A DNA stretch of 64,000 nt, from NCBI GenBank assembly GCA_001004885.1, contig LCRX01000011.1:2000-65999 (forward strand), read 5' to 3'. Every line of letters starts with the position of its first letter. Position 1 is the stretch's first letter. This DNA is from Candidatus Magasanikbacteria bacterium GW2011_GWA2_56_11 (lineage in GTDB: Bacteria; Patescibacteriota; Patescibacteriia; Magasanikbacterales; UBA922). The translations under genes were made by a program, and so were the position numbers. Below are positions 29,406 to 38,917 of this stretch, one piece after another. Below the pieces are notes generated by a model that was given only the letters and a program-made list of their open reading frames with translations, had not been told where the DNA came from and made no database searches.

Positions 29406-29651
29406 CTAGCGGAACAAAGTTCCGCAGTGGGTGCAGATGTAGCCATCAGAGGTTTCACGGCCGCACTTCGAGCAGCTAAGCTGCCAACCCTGGCTGGCGG
29501 CCGGCGGCGAATCGCGCCCGGCGCCCGACGGGGAAGCGGCCGGGAGCGGGTACTTCTGGCGGTGTTCGCGCGGCCCAGAATCGCGCCGCTTACCCTTCCT
29601 TCCGCCGCCATCCGCGGACCTTTCCTGGTGGCCCTTGTTGTGTTTTGCCAT
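29406..29651 (-). CDS. Small basic protein with C-terminal zinc ribbon
   Basis: AAGGAG Shine-Dalgarno; CSKC...CTHC. Confidence 0.65.
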   Translation of the reverse strand: MAKHNKGHQERSADGGGRKGKRRDSGPREHRQKYPLPAASPSGAGRDSPPAASQGWQLSCSKCGRETSDGYICTHCGTLFR

Positions 29652-29764
29652 TGCCCACTCCTTGATGGTTTTACATATTCAACAACAATATTAGTTTGAA
29701 GTCAAGCGGCGGCGACGGCCATGGGTAAGGACAACTGGCCGCTAATGGGCTATAATAGCCTTGT

Positions 29765-30622
29765 ATGTCTTTCTCCCTCCCGGCTGAAATAAACTTTACC
29801 ACCTTGGCTATCTTTTCGGCGCTTTTTGGCGGACTGGCGAATATTTTCGTCAAGCGCGTGGTCGAGCGCGTCCGGCCGGAATACGCGCTGGCGCCGGGTT
29901 TTCTTTTTATAGCCGCCAGTCTGGCTTTATTTTCTCCCTGGTTTTATTCTTTTTCCGCGACGCGAGAAGCCATCGGGGCGATCTTTCTGGTGATACTCAT
30001 TGACGGCATTGCCAATTACTATTATTTCAAAACCTTTGTCCAGTCGGAGGTGTCAATCGCGACCCCGCTCCTTTCGGTGGCGCCGCTGTTTACTTTCGTT
30101 TTTGGCTGGTTTTTTTTGGCCGAAGCGGTGTCGGCGCCCAAACTGGCGGCGGCCGTCTGTATTGTCGTCCTGCTCGTGATTTTTTCTTGGGACCGCCGAG
30201 ATATTCGCCGCTTCGAGCGCGGCACTCTGGCTCCGGCAATTATCTCGGCCGTCCTGTTCGGGGCTTCGGCTATCCCGGCCAAGTACCTGTTGTCCACTCT
30301 CGGGGCCCTTAACGCGCCGACACTCTATATGTTTCGCGCTCTGGCTATTGGCGCGGTGCTCAGCCTCGTGTACCGGCGCGCTTACGCCACCATTAAACAA
30401 GGCGATTACCGGTTTATTTTTCTCCAGGCCGCCATGGCCATCGGGCAGTGGCTGTTATTGTACAGCGCCCTGTCGCGGGGAGAGTCGGGCATTACGGTAA
30501 CCCTGGCCAACACTGTCCCTATATTCACATTTATTTTCGGCGCGCTTTTTCTGCGTGAACGGATTACCGTAAAAAAGGTTGTGGCGACGGCGCTCGTGAT
30601 AGGATTGGTGCTCGTAGTTTGA
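29765..30622 (+). CDS. EamA/DMT family transporter
   Basis: About 10 TMs in two repeats; FFLAE and FLRE motifs. Confidence 0.88.
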   Translation: MSFSLPAEINFTTLAIFSALFGGLANIFVKRVVERVRPEYALAPGFLFIAASLALFSPWFYSFSATREAIGAIFLVILIDGIANYYYFKTFVQSEVSIATPLLSVAPLFTFVFGWFFLAEAVSAPKLAAAVCIVVLLVIFSWDRRDIRRFERGTLAPAIISAVLFGASAIPAKYLLSTLGALNAPTLYMFRALAIGAVLSLVYRRAYATIKQGDYRFIFLQAAMAIGQWLLLYSALSRGESGITVTLANTVPIFTFIFGALFLRERITVKKVVATALVIGLVLVV

Positions 30623-30825
30623 TTGAGAGTCAACGCCCGGCGGCCCCACCAGACGCTTGGCTACGTCCCGCCCATCAATTTTCATTTTAAATACCACAAA
30701 GTGTTACCGATGTACCCGTCTAGTACAATGGCTTGACACCTTACCTCAACAGTGCTAATTTTGTTGCGGAAACCGCGTGTTCTATTGCGCGCTGGTTGCA
30801 ACGATGACAAGGGGATTGCTGCCCT

Positions 30826-31683
30826 GTCCAGCTCGACGACTACCCGTATGTGGAGTTCATGCGGGCGGTTGACGAGGTCGCGGACGGGCTCCTCCACTAC
30901 GGCTGTGTCTTCTTCGAGGCGCACGATCGTCCGTTCCTGGATCCGTACGAGTGGCTCGCACTCGTCGAGCTCCTGAACCAGGATTTCCTCGCCCGAGGGG
31001 GCGAGGAGTGGTCCGAGCCGCGGTCGGCGGCCATGGCCATGTTCCAGCGCATCGACGAGGCCGAACGCTGCGCCCAGGCGCGCCGGAAGCTCAGCCGTCT
31101 GCCCCGCGACGTGCTCGAGACCATGGCCGCGCATCTCGAGGACAGGGCCCGGAAGATGTTCGCCGTCCGGCGGCAGACCCTCCAGTCCTGGCACGATGGG
31201 CAGACGCTCATCATCGAGTTCTCCCGCGGATTCGGCCTCGGGATGCCGGACGACCCGCCCAGGGGGTACGAGGCTGCCCTGCGGCAGCTTCATCCATCCA
31301 TCCTGGCCGAGGCCTCGATCCTGTACGTGAGTGTAGACCCGGCGGAGTCGCGGCGCAAGAACGCGGAACGCGCGGTGCCGCCTCCCGGCTGCACCGACAC
31401 GGGCATCTACCACGGCGTCCCGACGAGCGTCATGCTCGGCGAGTACGCGCGCGACGACATGAGCCGCCTCATCGAAGAAGGCGGACACGGCGACCTGATC
31501 GTGATCCCGGCGCACGGCATGCACCATCATCTGCCGGTGGCCGTCCTCGACAACAGGCGCGACCTGACCACCTTCGTGCGCGGAGACCCCAAGGACTGGC
31601 CCGCGGACAAGGCCCTCGTCCTGCACACCGCCCTTCGGGAAGCCCTGCGCCCCCTGCCCCGCAGGCAAGGCTGTTCATTCTGA
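30826..31683 (+). pseudogene. GC-rich, apparently N-terminally truncated kinase-like hypothetical protein
   Basis: Frame continues upstream as VQLDDYPYVEF to an in-frame TGA at 30805; IIEFSRG and ILYVSVDPAESRRKN motifs; near-total G/C at third codon positions. Confidence 0.6.
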
Positions 31684-31765
31684 TCTTTCTTCGGGATTGA
31701 CGACGCCAGACCATCCCACTCCCCGAGGCGATAAATATTGCCGCCTCGGGGAGATGGTTTTGCCA

Positions 31766-31803
31766 AATTAAAACCACCCATATAAGTATGGGTGGTTTTA
31801 ATT
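31766..31803 (-). terminator. Terminator after tRNA-Lys
   Basis: AATTAAAACCACCCATAT/GTATGGGTGGTTTTAATT palindrome. Confidence 0.75.
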
Positions 31804-31821
31804 CCAATGAAGAATCCCAAT

Positions 31822-31897
31822 TGGTGACCCGGGTGGGGATCGAACCCACGACCGTTGGCTTAAAAGGCCACTGCTCTACCAGCTGAGCTACCGGGTC
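31822..31897 (-). tRNA. tRNA-Lys (TTT), CCA encoded
   Basis: GACCCGG...CCGGGTCACCA cloverleaf, anticodon loop CTTTTAA. Confidence 0.97.
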
Positions 31898-31904
31898 TAA
31901 GAGA

Positions 31905-31956
31905 GAATTGATAGTGAGTTATCAGCAATTCCCTTTCCTAAGTCGAGCCGAAACAT
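31905..31956. repeat. Family A repeat, truncated copy 5, in the tRNA-Lys leader
   Basis: GATAGTGAGTTATCAGCAATTC...AAGTCGAGCCGAAACAT matches the left part of copy 4. Confidence 0.85.
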
Positions 31957-32008
31957 GGTTATGGTATACTAAGGCTCATCAACTGTCAACTATCCCAAGC
32001 TGCGCAGT

Positions 32009-34684
32009 ATGAATTTTCACGCCCAAAGTATAGCACAGGTTTTGGCCGCGGTGCAAGGCGCCAGCCAGGGTTTGGCCGCCGGCGAAGCGCAGGAGCGCCT
32101 GCGGCGGTACGGAGCGAACATTCTGCCCCGTTCTCTCCGGCATGCCGGAGCCCTTAAAATTTTCTTTTCGCAATTCAAAAGTCCGCTTATCAGCCTGCTC
32201 ATCGCAGCCGGCTTCGTGAGCGCTATTTTGGGTGAGGTGCCGGACACAATCGTCATCGCCATTACGGCGGCCATGAATGTGGCGGTCGGATTTTTTCAGG
32301 AGTACAAAGCCAATAACGCGCTAAGCAAACTTCAAGAGCTGGTGCAGTATTCGGCGCTGGTCGTGCGCGGCGGCAGCCTGGAGCGCGTGAGGAGCGAACA
32401 GCTGGTAGTGGGCGACGTCATTCTGCTCGAAGCCGGGGACAAAGTCCCGGCCGATGCCAGGCTTATCGAGAGCCTGGATTTGGAGGTTAACGAAGCTCCG
32501 CTGACCGGCGAGTCTGAACCGGTCAAAAAACAGACGCGCAAGGTGGCCCTGGAGGCGGTTCTGGCCGAGCGCACGAACATGGTTTATCACGGCACTCTAG
32601 TGGCCAACGGCCGCGGCCGGGCAGTGGTGGCGGCGACCGGCCGCGCGACCGAAATTGGCCGCATAGCGGAACTGGTGCGAAAAACCGAGGAGCAAGTTAC
32701 GCCTCTGCAGCGCGCTCTATCGAATTTGAGCCGCCGGATCGGGTACGCGGTCCTCGCCCTGTCGGCGGCAATCTTTGTTTTGGGCCTTATCCGCGCGCCA
32801 GGGGCATACTCGTACCTGGAGCTTTTTAAGGTCGCGGTCGCGATCGCGGTGGCGGCAATTCCCGAGGGGCTGCCGATTTCGTTAACCGTTATTTTAGCCG
32901 TCGGCATGCAATACCTGGTCAAGCGCCAGGCGCTCGTGCGCCGCTTGCTGGCCGCGGAAACGCTCGGCTCGGTAAGCGTGATTTGTACCGACAAGACCGG
33001 CACCCTCACGGAGGGGATTATGCGTGTTACCAGGGTTATCACGGCGCGCGAACAGTTTGACCGCGATGAACTGGCGACCTTGCGCCAGCGTCCCGAGGAC
33101 CGGCACCGCGACGCTTTATTGGCGTTGCGCATCGCCGTCTTGGCCAACAACGCCGTGGTTCAACCGGGCCGGGACGGCGCGTCCGTTTATCTGGGGGATA
33201 CGACCGAGACAGCGCTGGCCGAACAGGGGCAGAGCGCCGGACTGGATAAAGACATATTGGATAAAGCGTTTATGCGCCTGGCCGAAGTACCGTTCGACAG
33301 CCGCCGCAAGTTTATGGCCACCTTGCACCGTGTAGACCACGAAACTGCGCTTTATGCCAAGGGCGCTTTCGAGGCCCTGCTGCCGCGTTTGGGATTTTAC
33401 GAAGAAAACGGTCGGCCCAAGAAATTGAGTCCCCGGCAGCTGGAGTGGTTTTTGGGCCAGGAAGCGGAATTTTCCGGGCAGGGTCTGCGCGTGTTAGCCG
33501 TGGCCTACAAGCTCTGTCCGCTCGACAAAAAGACGCTCGCCGACAGCGATGTTGATGATTTGACGTTAGTGGGCTTTATCGCCCTTTCCGACCCGCTGCG
33601 CGTCGACGTCAAAAACACGATCGAACGGGCCAAGAGCGCCGGCATCCGCGTGGTGATGATAACCGGCGACCACGAACGCACGGCCGAGGCGATTGGACGC
33701 GAACTCGGCCTAGTCGCTGATACCAAAAGCGTCCTTAACGGCAAGTACCTGAAAGAAACGTCCGACGCCGAGCTGTCTTCTTTGATCGAGCGGATAAACG
33801 TGTTTGCCCGTATCGACCCGGCCGACAAAATCCGTATCGTGCAGGCTTGGCAAAAACAGGGCCAAATCGTCGCCATGACCGGCGACGGCGTAAACGACAG
33901 TCCGGCGCTCAAGGCGGCGGACATTGGCGTGGCCGTCGGTTCGGGCACGGATATCGCCAAGCAGATAGCCGACTTGGTACTCCTGGACGACCGCTTTAGC
34001 ACCATTATCGCGGCGGTCGAAGAGGGAAGGCGCATTTACCAGAATATTCAGAAAGTGCTCCTGTACCTTTTGTCATTCAGCCTGGCAGAGGTAGCCCTGA
34101 TCGCCGTGAGCCTCGCGGCCGGGTGGCCGCTGGCGCTTTTGCCCGCGCAGATACTCTGGCTAAATTTGGTGCAAGACACGTTCCCGGCGGTTTCCCTGGC
34201 CTTTGACGCCGGCGATCCGGAGAATATGAAAGATTTGCCGCGCCCCAAAGGAACAAGGGTCCTAACGCCGGCACTCGCGAAGTTCGTGGCTCTCGTGATT
34301 GGCGCCTCGAGCATCCTGCTTATCGTCACCTATGGCCTGGCTTACCGGATTACCCAAGACGAGGTGTTTACGCGCACGATAGTTTTTGCCGCCTTGGGAG
34401 TGGTTTCGCTCTTTGTGGTTTACCCGGTCAGGAGTCTGCGCCGGGGCGTGTGGCAAATAGCAGTATTCTCGAACCGTTACTTGACCGCGGCCGTGCTTTT
34501 TGGGATAGTGATGCTGGTCGCCGCTATCTACCTGCCGCCGCTGCAGACGCTTTTGGGCACGGTACCCTTGCCGCTTACGGCCTGGGGTATAATTGCCGCC
34601 CTCGCGTTGGCGGCCATTGGTCTTATCGAGGCCGGCAAGCGGCTGCTCTCCGGGCGCCTGGCAGCCGAAGCCAAGCGGCGCTAA
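32009..34684 (+). CDS. P-type ATPase (Ca2+/cation-transporting, type II)
   Basis: LTGES, IPEGL, DKTGTLT, MITGD, TGDGVND motifs. Confidence 0.95.
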   Translation: MNFHAQSIAQVLAAVQGASQGLAAGEAQERLRRYGANILPRSLRHAGALKIFFSQFKSPLISLLIAAGFVSAILGEVPDTIVIAITAAMNVAVGFFQEYKANNALSKLQELVQYSALVVRGGSLERVRSEQLVVGDVILLEAGDKVPADARLIESLDLEVNEAPLTGESEPVKKQTRKVALEAVLAERTNMVYHGTLVANGRGRAVVAATGRATEIGRIAELVRKTEEQVTPLQRALSNLSRRIGYAVLALSAAIFVLGLIRAPGAYSYLELFKVAVAIAVAAIPEGLPISLTVILAVGMQYLVKRQALVRRLLAAETLGSVSVICTDKTGTLTEGIMRVTRVITAREQFDRDELATLRQRPEDRHRDALLALRIAVLANNAVVQPGRDGASVYLGDTTETALAEQGQSAGLDKDILDKAFMRLAEVPFDSRRKFMATLHRVDHETALYAKGAFEALLPRLGFYEENGRPKKLSPRQLEWFLGQEAEFSGQGLRVLAVAYKLCPLDKKTLADSDVDDLTLVGFIALSDPLRVDVKNTIERAKSAGIRVVMITGDHERTAEAIGRELGLVADTKSVLNGKYLKETSDAELSSLIERINVFARIDPADKIRIVQAWQKQGQIVAMTGDGVNDSPALKAADIGVAVGSGTDIAKQIADLVLLDDRFSTIIAAVEEGRRIYQNIQKVLLYLLSFSLAEVALIAVSLAAGWPLALLPAQILWLNLVQDTFPAVSLAFDAGDPENMKDLPRPKGTRVLTPALAKFVALVIGASSILLIVTYGLAYRITQDEVFTRTIVFAALGVVSLFVVYPVRSLRRGVWQIAVFSNRYLTAAVLFGIVMLVAAIYLPPLQTLLGTVPLPLTAWGIIAALALAAIGLIEAGKRLLSGRLAAEAKRR

Positions 34685-34736
34685 ACAACCGGCGTTTTGC
34701 CTTTTTAGGTTTGTTAATCTATTTACTAACCTGTCT

Positions 34737-35312
34737 ATGATGCTCCAAAAGACCTATATCGAGACCGTGCGCCAACATTTGCTGGATTACGCGGCCAAGC
34801 GCCGCGAAGTAATCAAAACCACGGGCGACGCTCTGCACCACGCCAAGCGCGCTATTTTCGCTCTGCAGCGTGATGACCGGGACGAAGCGCAGGCTAAACT
34901 AAAGGACGTGGAGGCGATTTTCAAAACCTTGAACCAGACCTACAAAAAGAATCCGCTGGTTCTGGCCGAAGGGTCATACGCGGCCGCGCTCGAGGAGTAC
35001 GTCGAGGCCAAGCTTCTCTACGGTTTCCTGACGACGGGCAAGATCGGGCCGATCAGGGAATTGCCGGTACCCGACGAATCCTATGTGGCCGGGCTCTGCG
35101 ACGTGCCGGGAGAACTGTACCGGTACGCCATCAAATCCGCGACCGAACGCGACTACGCGATGGCCAAAAAATGCGCTGAAATGGCGAGTGAGATTATTGG
35201 CGAGCTCATAGAATTCAACCTGACCAGTTATTTGCGCACCAAGTTTGACCAGGCCAAACAGGCGCTGCACAAGCTCGAACAAGTCGTCTACGAGGTATCG
35301 TTGCGCGATTAG
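34737..35312 (+). CDS. Translin/TRAX-family protein
   Basis: REVIK...AIFALQR, LEEYVEA, YVAGLCDVPGELYR, LRTKFD. Confidence 0.8.
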   Translation: MMLQKTYIETVRQHLLDYAAKRREVIKTTGDALHHAKRAIFALQRDDRDEAQAKLKDVEAIFKTLNQTYKKNPLVLAEGSYAAALEEYVEAKLLYGFLTTGKIGPIRELPVPDESYVAGLCDVPGELYRYAIKSATERDYAMAKKCAEMASEIIGELIEFNLTSYLRTKFDQAKQALHKLEQVVYEVSLRD

Positions 35313-35336
35313 CCGGCGGGAGCCCGGACAAAAAAT

Positions 35337-36743
35337 ATGCTCAGGCAACTTATAAAACGTTTTTTGCCGCGGAGAGTCGCCAATTTTAGGCATTTTTTTT
35401 ACGCCTGGTGGGGGGCCGTTAAATACCGCCATCCCTCGCGCGAGATGCTTGTTATTGGCGTAACCGGCACCAGCGGCAAGTCATCTACCATCTTTTTTTT
35501 GCGCCAGCTTTTGGAGCAGGCCGGTTATATCGTCGGGTCGCTCTCGACCATTGATTTTTACATCGCCGGCGACAACCGGCTCAATGATCAGAAAATGACC
35601 ATGCTCGGCAAGACGCAGATTCAGAAGTACTTGCGCGAAATGGCGGACAAGGGCTGCCAAGTCGCCATTGTCGAGACCACTTCGGAGGGCCGCGTCCAGC
35701 ACCGGCACCGGTTTATCGCTTACGATATCATGGTTTTGACCAATCTGTATCCGGAACATATCGAGTCCCACGGCAGCTTTGCCAAGTACAAACAGGCCAA
35801 ATTGGACATATTTCGGCATGCCTCCACCTATTACCTTTCGCGCAAAGTGGCGGAGCGGGTCGGCTTTCCCGCGCTCGCGAAAGACTGCTGCAGCGAGCTG
35901 AAAAAAATCGCGCTCGTAAACGGCGATAGCGAGTATGCCGGCGAGTTTTTGCAAACGCCAATGTTTGACGAACGCTATACGTTCGGCCAGTCTGAAACGC
36001 CGCCCGCCGCCGCGGTCGCCGGTTCGTTCGTGGCCCGCTCCGTGAGCTCAGACCGGGATGGGCTCCATTTTGTGGTAGAGCAGTACCGTCTTGAGCCCGA
36101 ACTGTACGGCGAACATAACGTTATGAACATCCTGGCGGCTATCGGCGTCGCCCGCCTTTTGGGCGCGGATTGGCCGGCCATCCAAAAGGGCGTGCACGCG
36201 CTCAAGAATGCTCCGGGCAGAAATGAGCTGATCACCGAGGCTGAGGAGCTTGGTTTCAAAGTAATCGTTGACTACGCGTTTGAACCCCAAGCCATGGCAG
36301 CGCTTTATCGCGTGGCGGAGCTATTGCAGCCGGCGCGCGTGATCCACGTTTTTGGCTCTACCGGGGGCGGACGCGACGTGGCCAGGCGGTTTACCGTCGG
36401 CGCCCTGGCCGGGCAAAAAGCCGATATTTGCATTGTTACCGACGAGGATCCGTATGACGACGATCCGCAAAAGATTATCGCCGATGTCGCGAGCGCCGTC
36501 GCGAGCGCCGGCAAACGCGACGGCGTTGACCTTTTCCGGATTCTCGACCGCCGGCTCGCCATTCAAAAAGCCATTGCGCTGGCGGACCGGGGCGATTTGG
36601 TGTTGGTTACCGGCAAGGGCAGCGAGCAGGCCATGTGTGTCGGCGCCGGGAAAAAAATTCCCTGGGACGACCGGCAGGCGGTAAGGGAGGCGATCCGGGA
36701 GAGGGCGGCGGCCGCGAACGGCGGTCAGCCGGCGCAAAAATAA
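35337..36743 (+). CDS. murE: Mur ligase, MurE-like
   Basis: GVTGTSGKSS, VETTSEG, TNLYPEH, VDYA, TDEDP, GKG motifs. Confidence 0.85.
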   Translation: MLRQLIKRFLPRRVANFRHFFYAWWGAVKYRHPSREMLVIGVTGTSGKSSTIFFLRQLLEQAGYIVGSLSTIDFYIAGDNRLNDQKMTMLGKTQIQKYLREMADKGCQVAIVETTSEGRVQHRHRFIAYDIMVLTNLYPEHIESHGSFAKYKQAKLDIFRHASTYYLSRKVAERVGFPALAKDCCSELKKIALVNGDSEYAGEFLQTPMFDERYTFGQSETPPAAAVAGSFVARSVSSDRDGLHFVVEQYRLEPELYGEHNVMNILAAIGVARLLGADWPAIQKGVHALKNAPGRNELITEAEELGFKVIVDYAFEPQAMAALYRVAELLQPARVIHVFGSTGGGRDVARRFTVGALAGQKADICIVTDEDPYDDDPQKIIADVASAVASAGKRDGVDLFRILDRRLAIQKAIALADRGDLVLVTGKGSEQAMCVGAGKKIPWDDRQAVREAIRERAAAANGGQPAQK

Positions 36744-36809
36744 TTCCCGGCCAGTATTGGTTTCTTTTGGCTCCGAATCGTCCGGTTTTTGGCATTTTAG
36801 AAGTGTTCT

Positions 36810-37520
36810 ATGCCCTCCATGATCAGCGTCGTTATCCCAGTTTTTAACCGGATAGACATCCTTAAAGATACTCTGGATTCGATCGCGCGTCAGACATATC
36901 CGGAAATCGAAGTCATTGTGGTCGACGACGGCAGCCGGCCGCCGGTAGAGCTTCAGGAATTTGAAGCGAGCGGCAGTCCGTTTAAAAAATTGATTCGTCA
37001 GGAAAACCAAGGCGCGCCCGCGGCGCGCAACCGGGGGTTCGACGAGTCGCGCGGCGAGTACGTCATTTTTTGGGATGCGGATATTATTGCCGAGCCGGAT
37101 ATGCTGAAAAAAATGTCCGCGGCTCTTGCCGTTCACCCCGAGGCCGCCTACGCCTATTGCGACTATTACTTCGGCCGGCACCGTATGCCGGCCGGTCCGT
37201 TTGCGGCCGACCGGCTGCGGCGGCAGAACTACATCGCGGTAACAGCCCTTATCCGCCGGGAAGCGTTCCCGCGCTATGACCAGGCCATCCGCCGGTTTCA
37301 GGATTGGGATTTGTGGTTGACGATGCTAGAGGCCGGCAATACCGGCGTCTATGTGCCGGGATATTTGTACCGCGCCGTTCCGCACCGTTCGGGCATCAGT
37401 ACCTGGTTGCCGGCCATGGCTTATCGGGCGCCCTGGAGATGGCTGCCGGGGTGGCGCGGCCGGGTGCGCGAGTACGAACGGGCGCGGGAGATAATTATCC
37501 GCAAGCATGGCCTGGCCTAA
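36810..37520 (+). CDS. Glycosyltransferase family 2
   Basis: SVVIPVFN, VDDGS, ARNRG, WDAD, QDWDLW. Confidence 0.9.
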   Translation: MPSMISVVIPVFNRIDILKDTLDSIARQTYPEIEVIVVDDGSRPPVELQEFEASGSPFKKLIRQENQGAPAARNRGFDESRGEYVIFWDADIIAEPDMLKKMSAALAVHPEAAYAYCDYYFGRHRMPAGPFAADRLRRQNYIAVTALIRREAFPRYDQAIRRFQDWDLWLTMLEAGNTGVYVPGYLYRAVPHRSGISTWLPAMAYRAPWRWLPGWRGRVREYERAREIIIRKHGLA

Positions 37521-38879
37521 ACTGGCCGCCGGGCGCCCAATACTCTCTCAGAGAGGGCGTGCGCGTCGCCGACCAGGTTCTCCGGCTTGGTTACGGCGGC
37601 TATAGTGAGAGCCAGAAAGACAATCCCGAAAACATGCGTCAAGGCTGGCGCGGTAACGGTAATCACGAGGAGAGAGGCGAGAGCAGACAGCAGGCCAATG
37701 TGCCAGTCCGGCGCGGGGACAGAGCGCCGGATTTTTTTTGTTATTTCGTAGACAATCAGCGCTATGAGCGCCAAATACCACCCGGTGCCGATTAACCCCA
37801 ATTCGGCTGCCAGCTCGAGATAGCCCCAGTCGAACTGGCGCGTAGTTACAGATTCGTAAGTAACCGGATCGGTATAGGTAAGACTGGCCCCGAAGCCGTG
37901 GCCGGTGAGCGGTCTTTCAGCGATAAGCTGCCGGATCGGACGGAGCAGTCGCAGGCGCGTAGCCGCGCTGGTTTCGATATTGGGTTCAACAATGCTCGCG
38001 AAACGGAAGCCGAGTATTTCGAGGCCGAAACTCTGTCCGCGGCTGGCCACGCCGTTGAGTGCCGCCAATATGCCGACGAGTACCAATGCCGCCAAAGCGG
38101 TTTCCTTGAGCCAGGGGAGCAGGCGATGGCGATATTTTAGAATCAGCGCGCCGGCAATAAGTCCCAGGAAATAGCCCCGGGAAAAATTCAGGACGAGAAC
38201 CAATGAGCCAAGCGCGTAAAGAACGCGCCACAGGGTCTGGAGGCGTCCGGGCCGCATTGAGAGCGACAACATAACCAGCGCGAGCGGCGGGATGATGTAC
38301 GAAAGCGGCGTAGGTAAATAGAGAGAGCAGCGAGGAACTGACAAGAAAAGCCAAAACCAGGCGGATAAGGGTTTCGCGTTCCCGGGCCCGCTCCAACAGG
38401 TGGTGCGCCGGCAGCATGAGCGCCAAAAAAACAAAAGGAAGAGCGTCGGCTATGACTGTCCCGGCGCCATGCTGCCGGGATATGCCCATTCCGGAGGAAA
38501 AGACGGCGATAGAGAATAGCGGCAACGCCAGGTAATAGAGCGCGTGGGGAATGCGGAGTCGGTGGCGGGCTCGCTCATAGACGGCGAAAAAACTCCAGAG
38601 CAAAAGAAATGTTAGCACTGTTAAGGTGCGTAGCGACAATCCGAAAAATTCCAGCATATGTCCCGATCCGCCGAGGAAAATTTCTCCGAGAAGCATGAGC
38701 CAGGCGTATTCTCTTTGTCTGAAGAACACCACGCCGAATACGCACAGCCAGATAAAGACCAGCACCGCCTGCGCGTAAGGGCGGTCCGATAGACCGTACG
38801 AGAGCAGCCGGACGGCCGCGAAAATAGCCAGAAAGCTTGTTGTCTGTAGCGAAAAAAAAATGGAGCGCGCAGAGGGCAT
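37517..38879 (-). pseudogene. O-antigen ligase/Wzy-like membrane protein broken by a frameshift near 38300
   Basis: N-half in one frame (to FTYAAF), C-half in another (NFSRGY, PLTGHGFG, DWGYLELAAELGLIG). Confidence 0.7.
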
Positions 38880-38917
38880 GGCAATAAAAGTTTTACCCCG
38901 GGAGGGCGGAGTGGGTT

